Source: the human T2T-CHM13v2.0 reference genome, Homo sapiens
Assembly (NCBI RefSeq): GCF_009914755.1
Contig: NC_060928.1
DNA length: 64,000 nucleotides
Direction: 5' to 3' (one strand)
Made by a program: the position numbers and the translations under genes. The notes beneath the pieces were generated by a model. The model worked only from the letters and a program-made list of their open reading frames with translations. It did no database searches and was not told where the DNA came from. Shown piece by piece: positions 44,408 through 57,315 of the stretch (its first letter is position 1; the number at the start of each line of letters is the position of its first letter).

Positions 44408-45082
44408 CTTTACCCATCTCAGAGAAATACTATGAAAATCACAAGGGCTAATGTCTGTCGACACATTGTGGACAGCAAAAATACTGTTCAAATGCAAATT
44501 ACAATGCCTATTTGAAATATTTAGGGAATGAGTCATTTTGGAGTTTGAAAGCTTTAAAATATTTTAAACTTAAAAATTTTAAATACTAACTGGAAAATTT
44601 TTTCAGACATACAGAGCCCTTCCTTGTCTGTAACCAGGTCACCACCATCACCAGCTGTGACATGCGGCAGACACAGAGAGAGCCCTGTGCAGAATAAATG
44701 CCAGCCATGAATCCTCCACCCGACTGTTCCATCTGTGCTTGTTGGCACTGTCAGATGGACTGCACCTCAGGACAGAGGTACTCCTGGGAACCACAGGACT
44801 GAGTTCTGCAGACCCAGAGGCATAATTCATCTCTGTTTTTCCTCTCATCTGTCCCTGCCTACATTGATCACAGATATGCCTTGTAGAGTCTGAGCCTCGG
44901 CTCAGCCAGGATAATCTGGCTCTTGACTGGTATCTCACCATGCTCTGCCCTTTACCAAGTTATCACACCAGGTACTTTACTTTCAGAATCCCATGGAATC
45001 CAACACTATTCCTTGGTTGTCGTGGATAGAAAAGCCCATCAGCCATAAGACCTATCAGCTTTGCACAAGCTGCTTTCAAAGC

Positions 45083-45453
45083 TTCCCTTCCTCCTTCCTT
45101 CCCCGCTTCCCTTCCCTTCCCCCTTTTCCCTTCCCTTCCCCTCCCATTCCTTCCCTTCCCCCCTTCCCTTCCCTTCCCCTTTTTCCCTTCCCTTCCCCCT
45201 TTCCTTCCCTTCCCCCTTTTCCCTTCCATTCCCCCTTTTCCCTTCCCTTCTTTTTCCTTTCCCTTCTCCTTTTTCCCTTCCCTTCCCCCTTTTCTTCCCT
45301 TCCTCCTACCTCCCCTCCTCTCCCTTCCCTCCCCTTCCCTCTCCCCCCCTCTCCCCTTCCCCCCTCCCCTTTCCCCTTCCTCCCCTCCCTTCCCTTCCCC
45401 TCCCCTTCCTTCCCTTCCCCCTCCCTTCCCTTCCCTTCCCTTCCTCCCACCCC
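45083..45453. repeat. ~370-bp (CCCTT/CCTT)n polypyrimidine tract at the tail end of an AluJ
   Basis: Almost pure C/T; abuts the poly-T of the antisense Alu. Confidence 0.95.
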
Positions 45454-45721
45454 TTTTTTTTTTTTGAGACAGAGTCACGCTCTGTTGCCCACACTACAGT
45501 ACAGTGGCATGATCTTGGCTCACTGCATCCTCAAACTCCTGCGGCTCAGGAGATCCTATCACCTCAGTCTCCCCAGTAGCTGGCATTACTGGTGTGTCTC
45601 ACTACACCCTGTTAATTGTTTTTATATTTTTAGTAGGTCTCAAACTCCTGGCCTCAAGCAATCCGCCAGCCTTGGCCTCCTGAAGTGCTGGGGTTACAGA
45701 CTTGAGCCACAGTGCCTGGCC
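45454..45721 (-). mobile_element. AluJ with an internal deletion
   Basis: Antisense Alu; tttttagtag joins directly to gtctcaaactcc. Confidence 0.9.
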
Positions 45722-48437
45722 TGTGTGCTTTATGCATAAAGAAAGGATAAAGGTTTCTTTATGCACACATTCCTATATGTACATCCCCACCACACACACA
45801 CTCCCATAGCAGAAATGGTATATGCCCATATGAATGCACTCCTTCAATAAACATCTAACTTGTACCTCCAACCTTCACTGACATTATATAGTCCACAGGC
45901 TAATTGTCTTTCCCACCCCATCTTCAAATAGTCATCTGAATAATCTTGCATTGAAGTTCAGGTTTACTATCATTGTTTCCCCACCTGTTGCCTCCTCTGC
46001 TGCCTCAGGACCTGCTGTCCCACACTGCCCACTGTCCATCATTTCCATAATCCCCACCATCCACCTCCAACATTGTTCTCACCACTGGCTCTTTTCTCTA
46101 CTGCTCGCTATGAGGTAGGTAATGCCTACATGTCTATCTTCCTTTACCAGCACTAGCCCCAAACCTATTGCTTCTGCTTGTGCTGTTTTTGTTCTGTCCT
46201 CTGTCTCCTGTCCTTCCTCCCTCACTTGTGTCACATGAAAAGGCTGGCCTTTTGGAGTCATCGCCAGCCACTCGCTGCTCCCATGTATAGGAGAGGTGCT
46301 GGGACCATAAGTCTCAGGATCTTCAAGTCTTTCAGCATGCTCAGTGCTTTGGGGCTGCTTCGGTACTGCCAAAAGGGGTTTTGGAAGTTTCTTCTGGCTA
46401 CATCCAAGCCTAAGATACAAAGAGTTTCAGAAGACTGGATTCTATGACCAGTATAGCAGGAACTCTAAAAGTAAAGGTCCTGGTGTGACGACTTGGTAAA
46501 GGGCAGAGCATGGTGAGAGCACTACTCGAGTCAGAAGAACTTTGTGTATTATTATATGAACCCATTATCATCATATGCTATTTTAGAAAAGAAAAAAGAC
46601 AAACACTATCAGTAAACAGCAGCTTTAGGAATTGAACTATGGATTCCTATCTAGACCCAACAGATACTTTCTGGGGAGAATAATGTAAAAGTATCTTAAA
46701 ATTTATATTTACTGCACAAATGCACCATATTCTCTGAACACTTTCCTAAATGCACAAAGAAGCAGTGAGGACAGGTGTTCCAGCTCCAGGTTCTGGTCAC
46801 TAAAAGTACGAGGATACTGAAAAGTACGAGTCAGGACTGAATTCACCATCACCGTCTGAAGATGCCAATCCAGTAAAAAATACTTCTGGAAGCAGGTGGC
46901 CACTTCTGTCCACTTCTCACCCCAGAAAAAAGGGTCCAAGTTACCTCTCAGAGATATCAGAACAAATGCCACTTTTTCTGGACCACTCCTTAAAAACCTG
47001 AGACTCCAAAGGAAACGTGTTTGAATCCCAAATGTTCCTTATAAATGGCTCTTCCATTTCTCAAGCAGATTAAGTACATGCGCTGCAGTAATTCAAGTCT
47101 TAGAACTTATTAAAGTGAGATAATATGAAGCTCCTTTGTCATGACCCTGACAAGGAACTGATCTATTTACCCAGCAGCTTGAACAAACTGTGTTAGGACA
47201 CTCAGAAGAGAAAGGAAGGGCTTGGCTGTTGATTTTCTGGAAAGGCCCCATTTACAGAGATGCAGCAGGAAAAACAAGCTGACCCGATTGTGTAATCAGC
47301 TGGAATAACAAAGAACCCTGATGTTGGGTATGAGAATCCTTCAGGAAATGCAAGTTAAAGCACTCTGCTGTGGCTAAAAACTAGAACACTTGATAGGCTT
47401 AAGGTTTAGACATTGACTTCTAAAAAATAAGAACAATTATCATTTCAAGCAGTTTTTTAGGGTAATGGCCAGAGGCCCTAAATATATACCTGGGCAAACT
47501 TTTTAATGTTGTCTGCAATGATGAAAAATACGAAATCATCCTAGTCTAATTATTCATCTAGTTTGAAATCTATCTTAAAGTCATGAAGTCTACTTGAAAT
47601 AAATAGAAGATGGACCTCCAAAATGATTCTATCACTTCTGGCCTCTGAGGATTAAGAACAAAGGTTTAAGGCTCCACTGATAGATATTTGGCAGATATTT
47701 CTTTTGTGATGCATGATTCATAATAAATTTTTTTCTTCCTACCTCCTAGGAATAATACATTTTGTTTCTGGGACTGCAGAACTTGAGAAAAACCTGTATT
47801 GCAGAATAACTAAAATGGTGAATTCTCATTGATCATAAGTGTATGTATGCACATGTGTAGGTACATTTGTATGTGCATACAAAAATAAAAACCACTCATC
47901 ACATAGCAGAAAACAAAACAAAAACCCAATAAGCCTCCAAGGATTAAAGAGCAACTGACCTAGTATTTTCAGATTCAGAACAGGCTATGTGGATCACTGA
48001 GTTCACATGAATTGCACTTGAAGCTAATTAAATAAAGGGAACCAAATGAATAAATCATCTGTATTATGGCCTTATCCAATATAATCTTAGTCACAAAGAT
48101 GATAATTTTGAAGTTTCCATACCAAATGAAGGCAAGAGTATTACTCCATATACTGGAGCAACCTTTAATCTGTCCCTGTATTTACCAAGCCACCCTTGTA
48201 CTTTCTACATCCAGAAAAATTACAAACTTATATTCAGAGAGGGCAAAAGACAAAACCCAAAAATAACATGGTGATTTGAAACATTTTTAGAAACAAATGA
48301 AAATATACTTTTTCAAAATCCACATCTAACTAAAGTTATAATTATAATCAGGTTAAGTAAGATGATAATGATAATGCCTTCTATTATTTGTGCTTACCAA
48401 GAATAGGCATCACACTTAACTACTGAAATGTCAAACA

Positions 48438-48758
48438 GACCGGGCACGGTGGCTCACACCTGTAATCCCAGCACTTTGAGGGGCCAAGGCAGGTGGATCA
48501 CTTGAGCCTAGGAGTTCGAGACCAGCCTGGGCAACATGGCAATACCCTATCTCTACAAAAATTACAAAAATTAGCAGGGTGTGATGGTGTGTGCCTGTAG
48601 TCCCAGCTACTCGGGAGGCTAAGGTAGGGGGTCACCTAAGAATGGGGAGATCAAGGCTGCAGTGAGCTGTGATTGTGCTACTGCACTCCAGCCTGGCTTG
48701 CTCCACTCCAGAGTGAGACCCTGTTTCAAAAAAAAAACAACAAAAAACAACAAAAAAA
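48438..48758 (+). mobile_element. Alu (J/S)
   Basis: TSD aa(a/c)tgtcaaaca. Confidence 0.9.
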
Positions 48759-48819
48759 CTGTCAAACATATCCAGATTTTTCTGGCTCTGAAGTCTATAT
48801 ATATGTATTTTTAATAATC

Positions 48820-48963
48820 TTTTTCATTTCTTTATTTATTTTAATAGAGACAGAGTCTCACTATGTTGCCCAGTCTGGTCTCAAACTCCTGGGCTCAAGT
48901 GATCTTCCCCACCTCAGCTTCCCAAAGTGCTGGGATTACAGGCACAAGCCACTGCACACATCC
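48820..48963 (-). mobile_element. FLAM / Alu left monomer
   Basis: Antisense monomer, tail-to-tail with the preceding Alu. Confidence 0.85.
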
Positions 48964-49988
48964 AAAGTCTGCACTCTAAATTGCTACACTTTGCTGCCTT
49001 CTTACATGTTTTACAAGTGCAGTGAGTATGAATAAAGGTTAAATTATCTGAAATAAGAAGAAGCCTGGTTATGAGTGAGGCGATATTACTTAATGCCTCA
49101 GACCATGTCGAGAAAGTACACCTGGTTTCAAACTTCTACAATGCCACATACTAACTCTGGGGCCGTGGGTAAATTACTTTAACCTCTTTGTCCTTCAGAT
49201 TTCTTGTCTGTAATATGTAAGGAACAACACTTAACACACTGGTTTGTGCTAGAGATTAAGTCAGGTAATACACGTCAAGTCCTTAGAACACAGAAAACAC
49301 CAAACAGTTACTTTTGGAATTATCATAAGCAGCAGAACACAAAGACCTCATCTTGAAATGTGATTCAGAAAATATTTCTAACTTCTGATGTCAAGAAAAG
49401 AAACTAGCTGTTTAACTATTGCCCAACTAACATACATTTAGCACAAACCTCTCAGGCCCTGGAACACTTATGTTTGATTGCAAAGGGTGCATATTATATG
49501 CCTAGGCCCTCTTGTGTAACTCTGATAAGATTCTGACATAACTCTGCTTATAATCTCTTATGGGTCATAATAATATGCTCACAGCTTTATAATCACTTTG
49601 AGAAGAGAGTCCTAGGTAACTCATTCAGCCTTGGCAATAAGAATCAGTAGTTAACATCCTTATTTTACTGGATAGTGGGAACATAAATGTCTATCTTTCT
49701 GGAGGGCAATCAGGCTAGACATATTAATTACATGCATATCCTTTTTTTAACTTGTTTATTTTTGCTATTTTAATTATATGTATATTCTTTGATTCAAGAT
49801 ATCTACTTCCATAAATTTATCCTAAGGTGATAATTAAGAGAATGTGCAAAGATTTTGTTGGGAGAATATTCACTAAGATTGTTCAAAATACAGTAATAGT
49901 AGGGGAAAAAACCCTAGATTTCCAATAACATACTGAGTAGATAATTTATGTTACATTCACATAAAATATCTACTTATTAAAATTGATA

Positions 49989-50298
49989 GGCCAGGCGCAG
50001 TGGCTCATGCCTGTAATACTAGCACTTCGGGAGGCCGAGGTGGGTGAATCACTTGAGGTCAGGAGTTTGAGATCTGCCTGGGCAGCATGATGAAACCTCA
50101 TCTCTACTAAAAATACAAAAATTAGCCAGGAGTGGTGGCGTACACCTGTAGTCCCAGCTATGCGGGAGGGTGAGGCAGGAGAATCACCTGAAGCTGGGAG
50201 TTAGAGGTTGCAGTAGGCCGAGATCGTGCCACTGCACTCTATCCTGGGCAACAGAGTAAGACCCTGTCTCAAAAAAAAAAAAAAAAGAAAAAAGAAAA
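49989..50298 (+). mobile_element. AluS
   Basis: TSD aaaattgat. Confidence 0.93.
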
Positions 50299-51875
50299 TT
50301 GATGGTATGGAAATACATTTTATTGACATAAAAATTATTTTCAATATATTATTTTCCATTTTTATTTGCATTTAAATACATATCTGTTATATATTTATAT
50401 ATACTGTAAATATATAGTATACACATAGTATATATTATATACCTATATATTTGTATATATAGGTATATAAAGTATATTGGAGATTTTTTAAAGTCTGAAA
50501 GTGATGATTTGTGATGTGGTATTTTGTTTTCTTTTTTATTCATTTTATGTATCTATATTTTGTAATTTTTGCAATAAACATGTATTGCTTGAAGAAAAAA
50601 GGAGCAATTATTTTTGTTTGCTTTCTTAACTCACTGTGTTTCTAAAGATACGAGAATAGTCCTTGAGTTACACAGACCAAGAAATAATTATAAAAATACC
50701 TATCAACTTTCACATTACGTCTGCCTCATGCAGAAGGCAACTAAATTACCCAACATTTTCTTTATCTACAGTAGAGAATAAGAGCAGAACCAATTAGTAA
50801 TCTTTAATTAAACTCTGGGTCTTACCAGCCGCTAACTAAAAGAATATTTAATTATAAAAGCCAGCATGGTGCCACTTAAGAAGTCCTGGGATGGGAGTGG
50901 GGAGACCTGAGAACTTGGTCTGAGCACCACATAACTAGTTATAACCAGGAATGTGAACTTGGACAATTCACCTTGCTTCTGCATCCTACTACAATAAGAG
51001 GGGCAGGCAAGACGATAGCTGCTCTATCTTTCATTTCTGAAACACAATGACCATCTAGGACCAGATGACATTCTGGAATGGTAAAGAAAAGGGAAACTCA
51101 ATCAATACACAGCCAAATCAAGGCACCGTTCGGCACTGTTGTCAGTGAGCTGTCCGTCAAACACATCCTCTCCACGCTTTCCTTTATTAGCCCTTTTTGA
51201 AGGTCAGATGCATCCAGAGGGAACTGCCAGCAGCTCCTTCTGTATCTTTGTTTCTAATTCTCCTGAGCTGTCACAGAACTCCTTTCTTTAGATCATATCC
51301 TTGGAATTACCTGCATTCCTATGTGCCCATATTCCCATGGAGATCATATAACCAACCCTTCTTGCTGTTAGAACCTTCTAGTCCTTATAATGGGCAGAAA
51401 GCCAAATGGCTTTCTACCTGTGCCAACTGAAGGCCAAGGAAGACAATGGACTGGACTCTCTGCTGCCTCTGGAACACCATATCCAAAACAAGAGCTGCTG
51501 GTAGCATATCTGTACCTATTTTTACTCCAATGTGAGCCCCAGGTGCAAAATAGTCAATTCACTGGTAAACCATGAGAGACAGAATTGTCAGAGTACAGTA
51601 AATCAGCTCAACAAAACTGGCTGGATAAAAGGTAGAATTTACTGTACAAACTATTAAGCATAATGCTTAATTGTAGGCTAGAATTGTTGACATAATGGCA
51701 TATTAGCCAAAAAGAATAAAAACCGCATTTTGGGTACTAGTGAAATGAAATGGTCGTTGTTTAGGAAAGTTTTTTGGCTCCCTTTCCCAATTAAAGTTCT
51801 CCATGTCAAGGAAATGTAAACGATCAACTTCTTCAGACCAACTTGGATAAACTAACAGAAGATAAAAAAGAGGCG

Positions 51876-52182
51876 GGCCAGGCGTGATGGCTCACGCCTG
51901 TAATCCCAGCATTTTGGGAGGCTGAGGTGTGCAGATCACCTGAGTCAGGAGTTCGAGACCAGCCTGGCCAACAAGGTGAAACCCCATCTCTACTAAAAAA
52001 ACAAAAATTACCCAGGCGTGGTGGCAGGTGCCTGTAATCCCAGCTACTCGGGAGGTTGAGGCAGGAGAATCACTTCAACCCAGAAGGCAGAGGTTGCAGT
52101 GAGCCGAGATTGTGCCACTGCACTCCAGCCTGGAGAGAGAGCAAGAGTCCGTCTCAAAAAAAAAAAAAAAAAAAAAAAAAAA
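51876..52182 (+). mobile_element. AluS
   Basis: TSD aagataaaaa(a)gaggc. Confidence 0.93.
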
Positions 52183-52795
52183 GATAAAAAGAGGCATACG
52201 AAAATAATGTCTCATCAAATAACTCTTGGTACCTCCACCCCGCTTTCTATATGATTCATATTGCCGAGGGCCAGGTGCTTATTACAGTGGCAGTAAGATG
52301 GTCCAAAACAGTCCTCTTGCCTGATTTCATGTGGCTCAAGTCTAAGGCAAATCATACAGCTAGGACTTACCACTAACACTACTACTGCTCTATGTGGTCT
52401 ATGTCAAGACATTGGTCGCAGATGCTCCCTTTAATTCAATTTATGCTTATTAAAGATTTACAAAACACATGACAAGATCAAGGTTTATAGAAAAAGGTTT
52501 TATAATCCCATGGATTCTACAAGGCAGTGATTTAGACTTACCCAATTATCTGCAGAAGTTTCTTTTATAGCAATATTTCATAAAATCCTAGCAAATTAGA
52601 AGTTTTTAATATATTTTCCTATGCCATACTAACTTTGTAGTTTATGAAAAATAACATTAAATTTACAAACAATAAGATACAGATATATTTTAAAAATCTT
52701 AAGGGAGAAGCTTCTGCTCTTAAAATCTTATCATGAAAAGGAGCCAGTAACTTGGATTTTAAATGGAAATCAGTAAGAAAGAACAATTAATAGGT

Positions 52796-53132
<337 letters not shown>

Positions 53133-54169
53133 TCACAACGCCTGTCACTTCCTTCTGTGCAGTCTTCCATAAGGAAATTCTGGAGCTATCTCTATGGGTA
53201 ATCAATATATACAAAAACTAAAACCATTCTGGGTTTATTATAATGAAACAAGTGTCACTGGGAAAAGAAAACTATACATCTCTTTGGACAATAATTTATG
53301 CCATCAGCATTCACAGCGTAGTGTTCCTTAGCCTTGGCTCAGCAAATAATTCAGGAATAACTCAGCTTTGTAACATACAATTCTATCTCATAGGAGTATT
53401 CACAGGAAGATCTGTTTCATAGCAATACCATGGCAAAGCCCCAGAATCAGACTGAGGAGTAGTAACGTCAGGCAGTGACATTATAAATGTCAATGACAAC
53501 AAAGGTAATGGCTCAGGGGCAGAGGAAAAGTCACAGGAGACACAAACCAGTTCCTTACATCACCAGAAATTGAGGTGGGAAGACCGAGCCTGGAGGGCTG
53601 TAAGGAGAGATCTGAGGGCTCTGAAGACCTGCTGCCTGCAAAGGATCTCGCAGGCAGTTTGGCACTCATGGTGGGATTGCTGGAAAGTGAGCAAGAAGGC
53701 TGCAGCGTCCTTTTCACACCGTCATGAGGTGGAGGGGTTTGGTGGCTCTCCCTAACTTTTAACTTCTTTCTTTTTAGTTCTTCATCTGCTGACTATGAAA
53801 CGATTCTAGATTGTTTGCCAACTAAATGTGATGCTTTCCCAATCAACTACGGCAGGCCAGATGGCACTTTCACTTCTACGGGCTCCCTCTGTGGTGGGTA
53901 AACGTGCAGAGAAGACTGGAACACTGTCTTCCAGGAGCCTAGGTTACACTGGTAAGTCTGTCCAGGTCAGAGTCCCAGCTTCCTCTTCCTTAATCCTTTA
54001 TCACCTTCCTCTCACTCAATCCCCATTCTTCACTTCTAGATGGGTTTTCCCGCAGCTCTAAACCTTGAAGCCATGCCTTTGTTCATGGGCTGTGTAAACA
54101 ATGGTTATAGTCAATTGTCATTCGCTGGGCTGTTTGCATCTCAGAATACATTTAAAAAGACATAATTAT

Positions 54170-54479
<310 letters not shown>

Positions 54480-54789
54480 TCAGGTACTACTAAATCCTTG
54501 AAGGAGAATTACCCAGGCAATGGAGCTTGCCAGCAGCCTGAAATCACACCCAGATAACCTCCTCTAATTCTGCAGGAGGCTAGCCTATATTCCTCTCTTT
54601 AGTTGGATGCCCAGAAATTAAATGGAACTGTAAGGCACTGGTTCACACTGGGCTGTAATTGACTATTTACTTGTATCCTCACTAGACTGTACGTTTCTCA
54701 AGAGCAGAGACCAAATATAATTGTCTTTATATTTTTAGATCCCAGCACAGCACTTCCTACCAAGTAAAGATCAATTTTAAAAATGAATG

Positions 54790-55640
54790 AAGTCAACTGA
54801 AAAAGCTCCCAATGGCCAAAGCTGGAACAATTTGAGCAAAGAATAAAGTAATGTTGGATTATAACCCAGAAGACAAAATAAATAGGCATGAGTCTATAGT
54901 GACATAAATAATTAAATAAATAAATGAGGGAGAAAAGATAAATTTACTGTGCAAGAGAATTCTCCATAAATTATGTCAATAGTCTACCCTAAAGGAGAGA
55001 AAAATCCCTACTCCTTAAGTATGGACTGCACATAGTGATTTCCCTCCAAAGAGAATACTTTGAAAAGGGGAAGAACAGAGTAACTTTACAGTGGACAAAC
55101 CTAAAAAAACACTATTTCAGGGAGGTGATCAAGGAGGCCCGCAGTCATAAATCATGTTGATAAAATGTACACTTGGCATGGTGAAACAAAATGGCCCTTT
55201 ATCTCTGTGATCTTCCTCACAAAAATCTACTGCCCCTGTCTAATCATGAGAAAAATATCAAACAAATTCCAATTGAGGAGCATGCCAAAATATACTGGAT
55301 CAGTATCTTTCAAAACTGTCAAGATCATCCAAGCCCAGGAAAATCTGAGAAACTTCCACAGCCCAGAGGAGCCTAACGGGATATGACCGACTAACTATAA
55401 TGTTGTACCAGATGGGATACTGAAACAGAAAAAGAAAATGAGGGAAATCTGAACAAACAATGGACTTTACTTACAAACAATGTATCAACACTGGTTCATT
55501 AATTATAACAAATGTACCATAGTAAGATGTTAATAATAGAGGAAACTCTGCATGGGGGGTGGTATAGATGAGAGTTCTCTGAACAATCTGCTCAACTTTC
55601 CTGTAAATCAAGTAGAGGCAAAAAAATAAAAGTTAAAAAA
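54790..55640 (+). mobile_element. L1MC/MD-type 3'UTR remnant
   Basis: gtaactttacagtggacaaaccta...cagcccagaggagcctaa...ggttcattaattataacaaatgtacc. Confidence 0.7.
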
Positions 55641-55681
55641 AGTGTTCATATAGAGCCCTTACTTTTCTTATGGTTATTTTA

Positions 55682-56195
<514 letters not shown>

Positions 56196-56238
56196 TTATG
56201 AGAGATCCAATAAAAGCAAGATTAAAAAAAATTTTTTT

Positions 56239-56535
<297 letters not shown>

Positions 56536-56537
56536 TT

Positions 56538-56643
56538 AAGACTAGTCAAGTGCAGCAGTGAGAAGTGGGGAAAGAGTAGAAAAGGAGTTCCATCTGCAAC
56601 TGACTGTGATCAATGGAGATAGCTCATGACCTTCGGACCAGCC
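56538..56643 (-). pseudogene. Y1 RNA (RNY1-derived) retropseudogene
   Basis: Minus strand reads GGCTGGTCCGAAGGTCATGAGCTATCTCCATTGATCACAGTCAGTTGCAGATGGAACTCC...CTCACTGCTGCACTTGACTAGTCTT, matching near full-length hY1 as recalled. TSD aaagcaagatt at 56213-56223 and 56644-56654. Confidence 0.92.
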
Positions 56644-56779
56644 AAAGCAAGATTGTTGACTACTATTTTAAGCACAGCACAGCATTACTGATTATCATCA
56701 GGAGAAATAAAGAATCCCTACTCAGTAGGAAGTACTGTGCTAGGATATATACTTAGTACATCCAAGTATTCCACACAAC

Positions 56780-57110
56780 TCTCTTCATTTCCCAGCTTCC
56801 TCTGCAGTGAGGTTGGGCCCACGTGACTAGTCTCGGCCAACTAAGTGTGAGTGAAATGGAAGGTGGAGTGTGCCACTTCTGGGCCAAGGAAGTTAAACAC
56901 AGATGTGCTCCACCCTCACACTCTTCCCTTGTATGCTGACCTTGGAGGCCTTGTGTTCCAGAGAGTGTCACTACACATGGAGGAGGCCACATGATCCCAA
57001 CACGACTCTATCAGAGTGAGAAAGAAACTTTCATTGTGTTAAGCCACTGAGACTTTGGGTTCATGTGTTGAAATGGCTACGGTTAATTACCCTAAAATAC
57101 CAGTGATTGC
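56780..57110. mobile_element. MLT1-type MaLR LTR
   Basis: gtgccacttctgggcc...gtgagaaagaaactttcattgtgttaagccactgagactttggg...taccctaaaatac. Confidence 0.75.
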
Positions 57111-57204
57111 ATTCAGCAAGTACACGTTCCTTTCCTTCTGATAAAAAGTTGTTAACCCTAACGCTTCTTTTAAAACTTGTGTATTTCTGGATGTGGTTGC
57201 TTAC

Positions 57205-57315
57205 CACAGGCGATGGTCCAGTAGACCAGGGAGTCTGGAGTCTGGTACAAGATTCGGTAAGGAGCGACCCGGGCGCTGGAGTCCAACACAACATCAAGGG
57301 TACCCACCAGCAGGC
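57205..57315 (-). CDS. TBC1D9: TBC1D9 exon 2 (111 bp): [37 protein letters not shown]
   Basis: Acceptor ctcag|GC, donor TGTG|gtaagc; lies in ORF 57170..57430. Confidence 0.95.

Larger units (their letters stand above)
44933..46518. repeat. Non-Alu inverted repeat; arms 44933-44992 and 46459-46518
   Basis: tctcaccatgctctgccctttaccaagt (44933-44960) is the exact reverse complement of 46491-46518; 53/60 identity over the full arms. Confidence 0.95.

Noticed and set aside
44963-45739. Long P/F/S-rich and G/K/E/R-rich ORFs (up to 248 aa)
   Set aside because: Artefacts of the stop-free CCCTT tract and the adjacent Alu.
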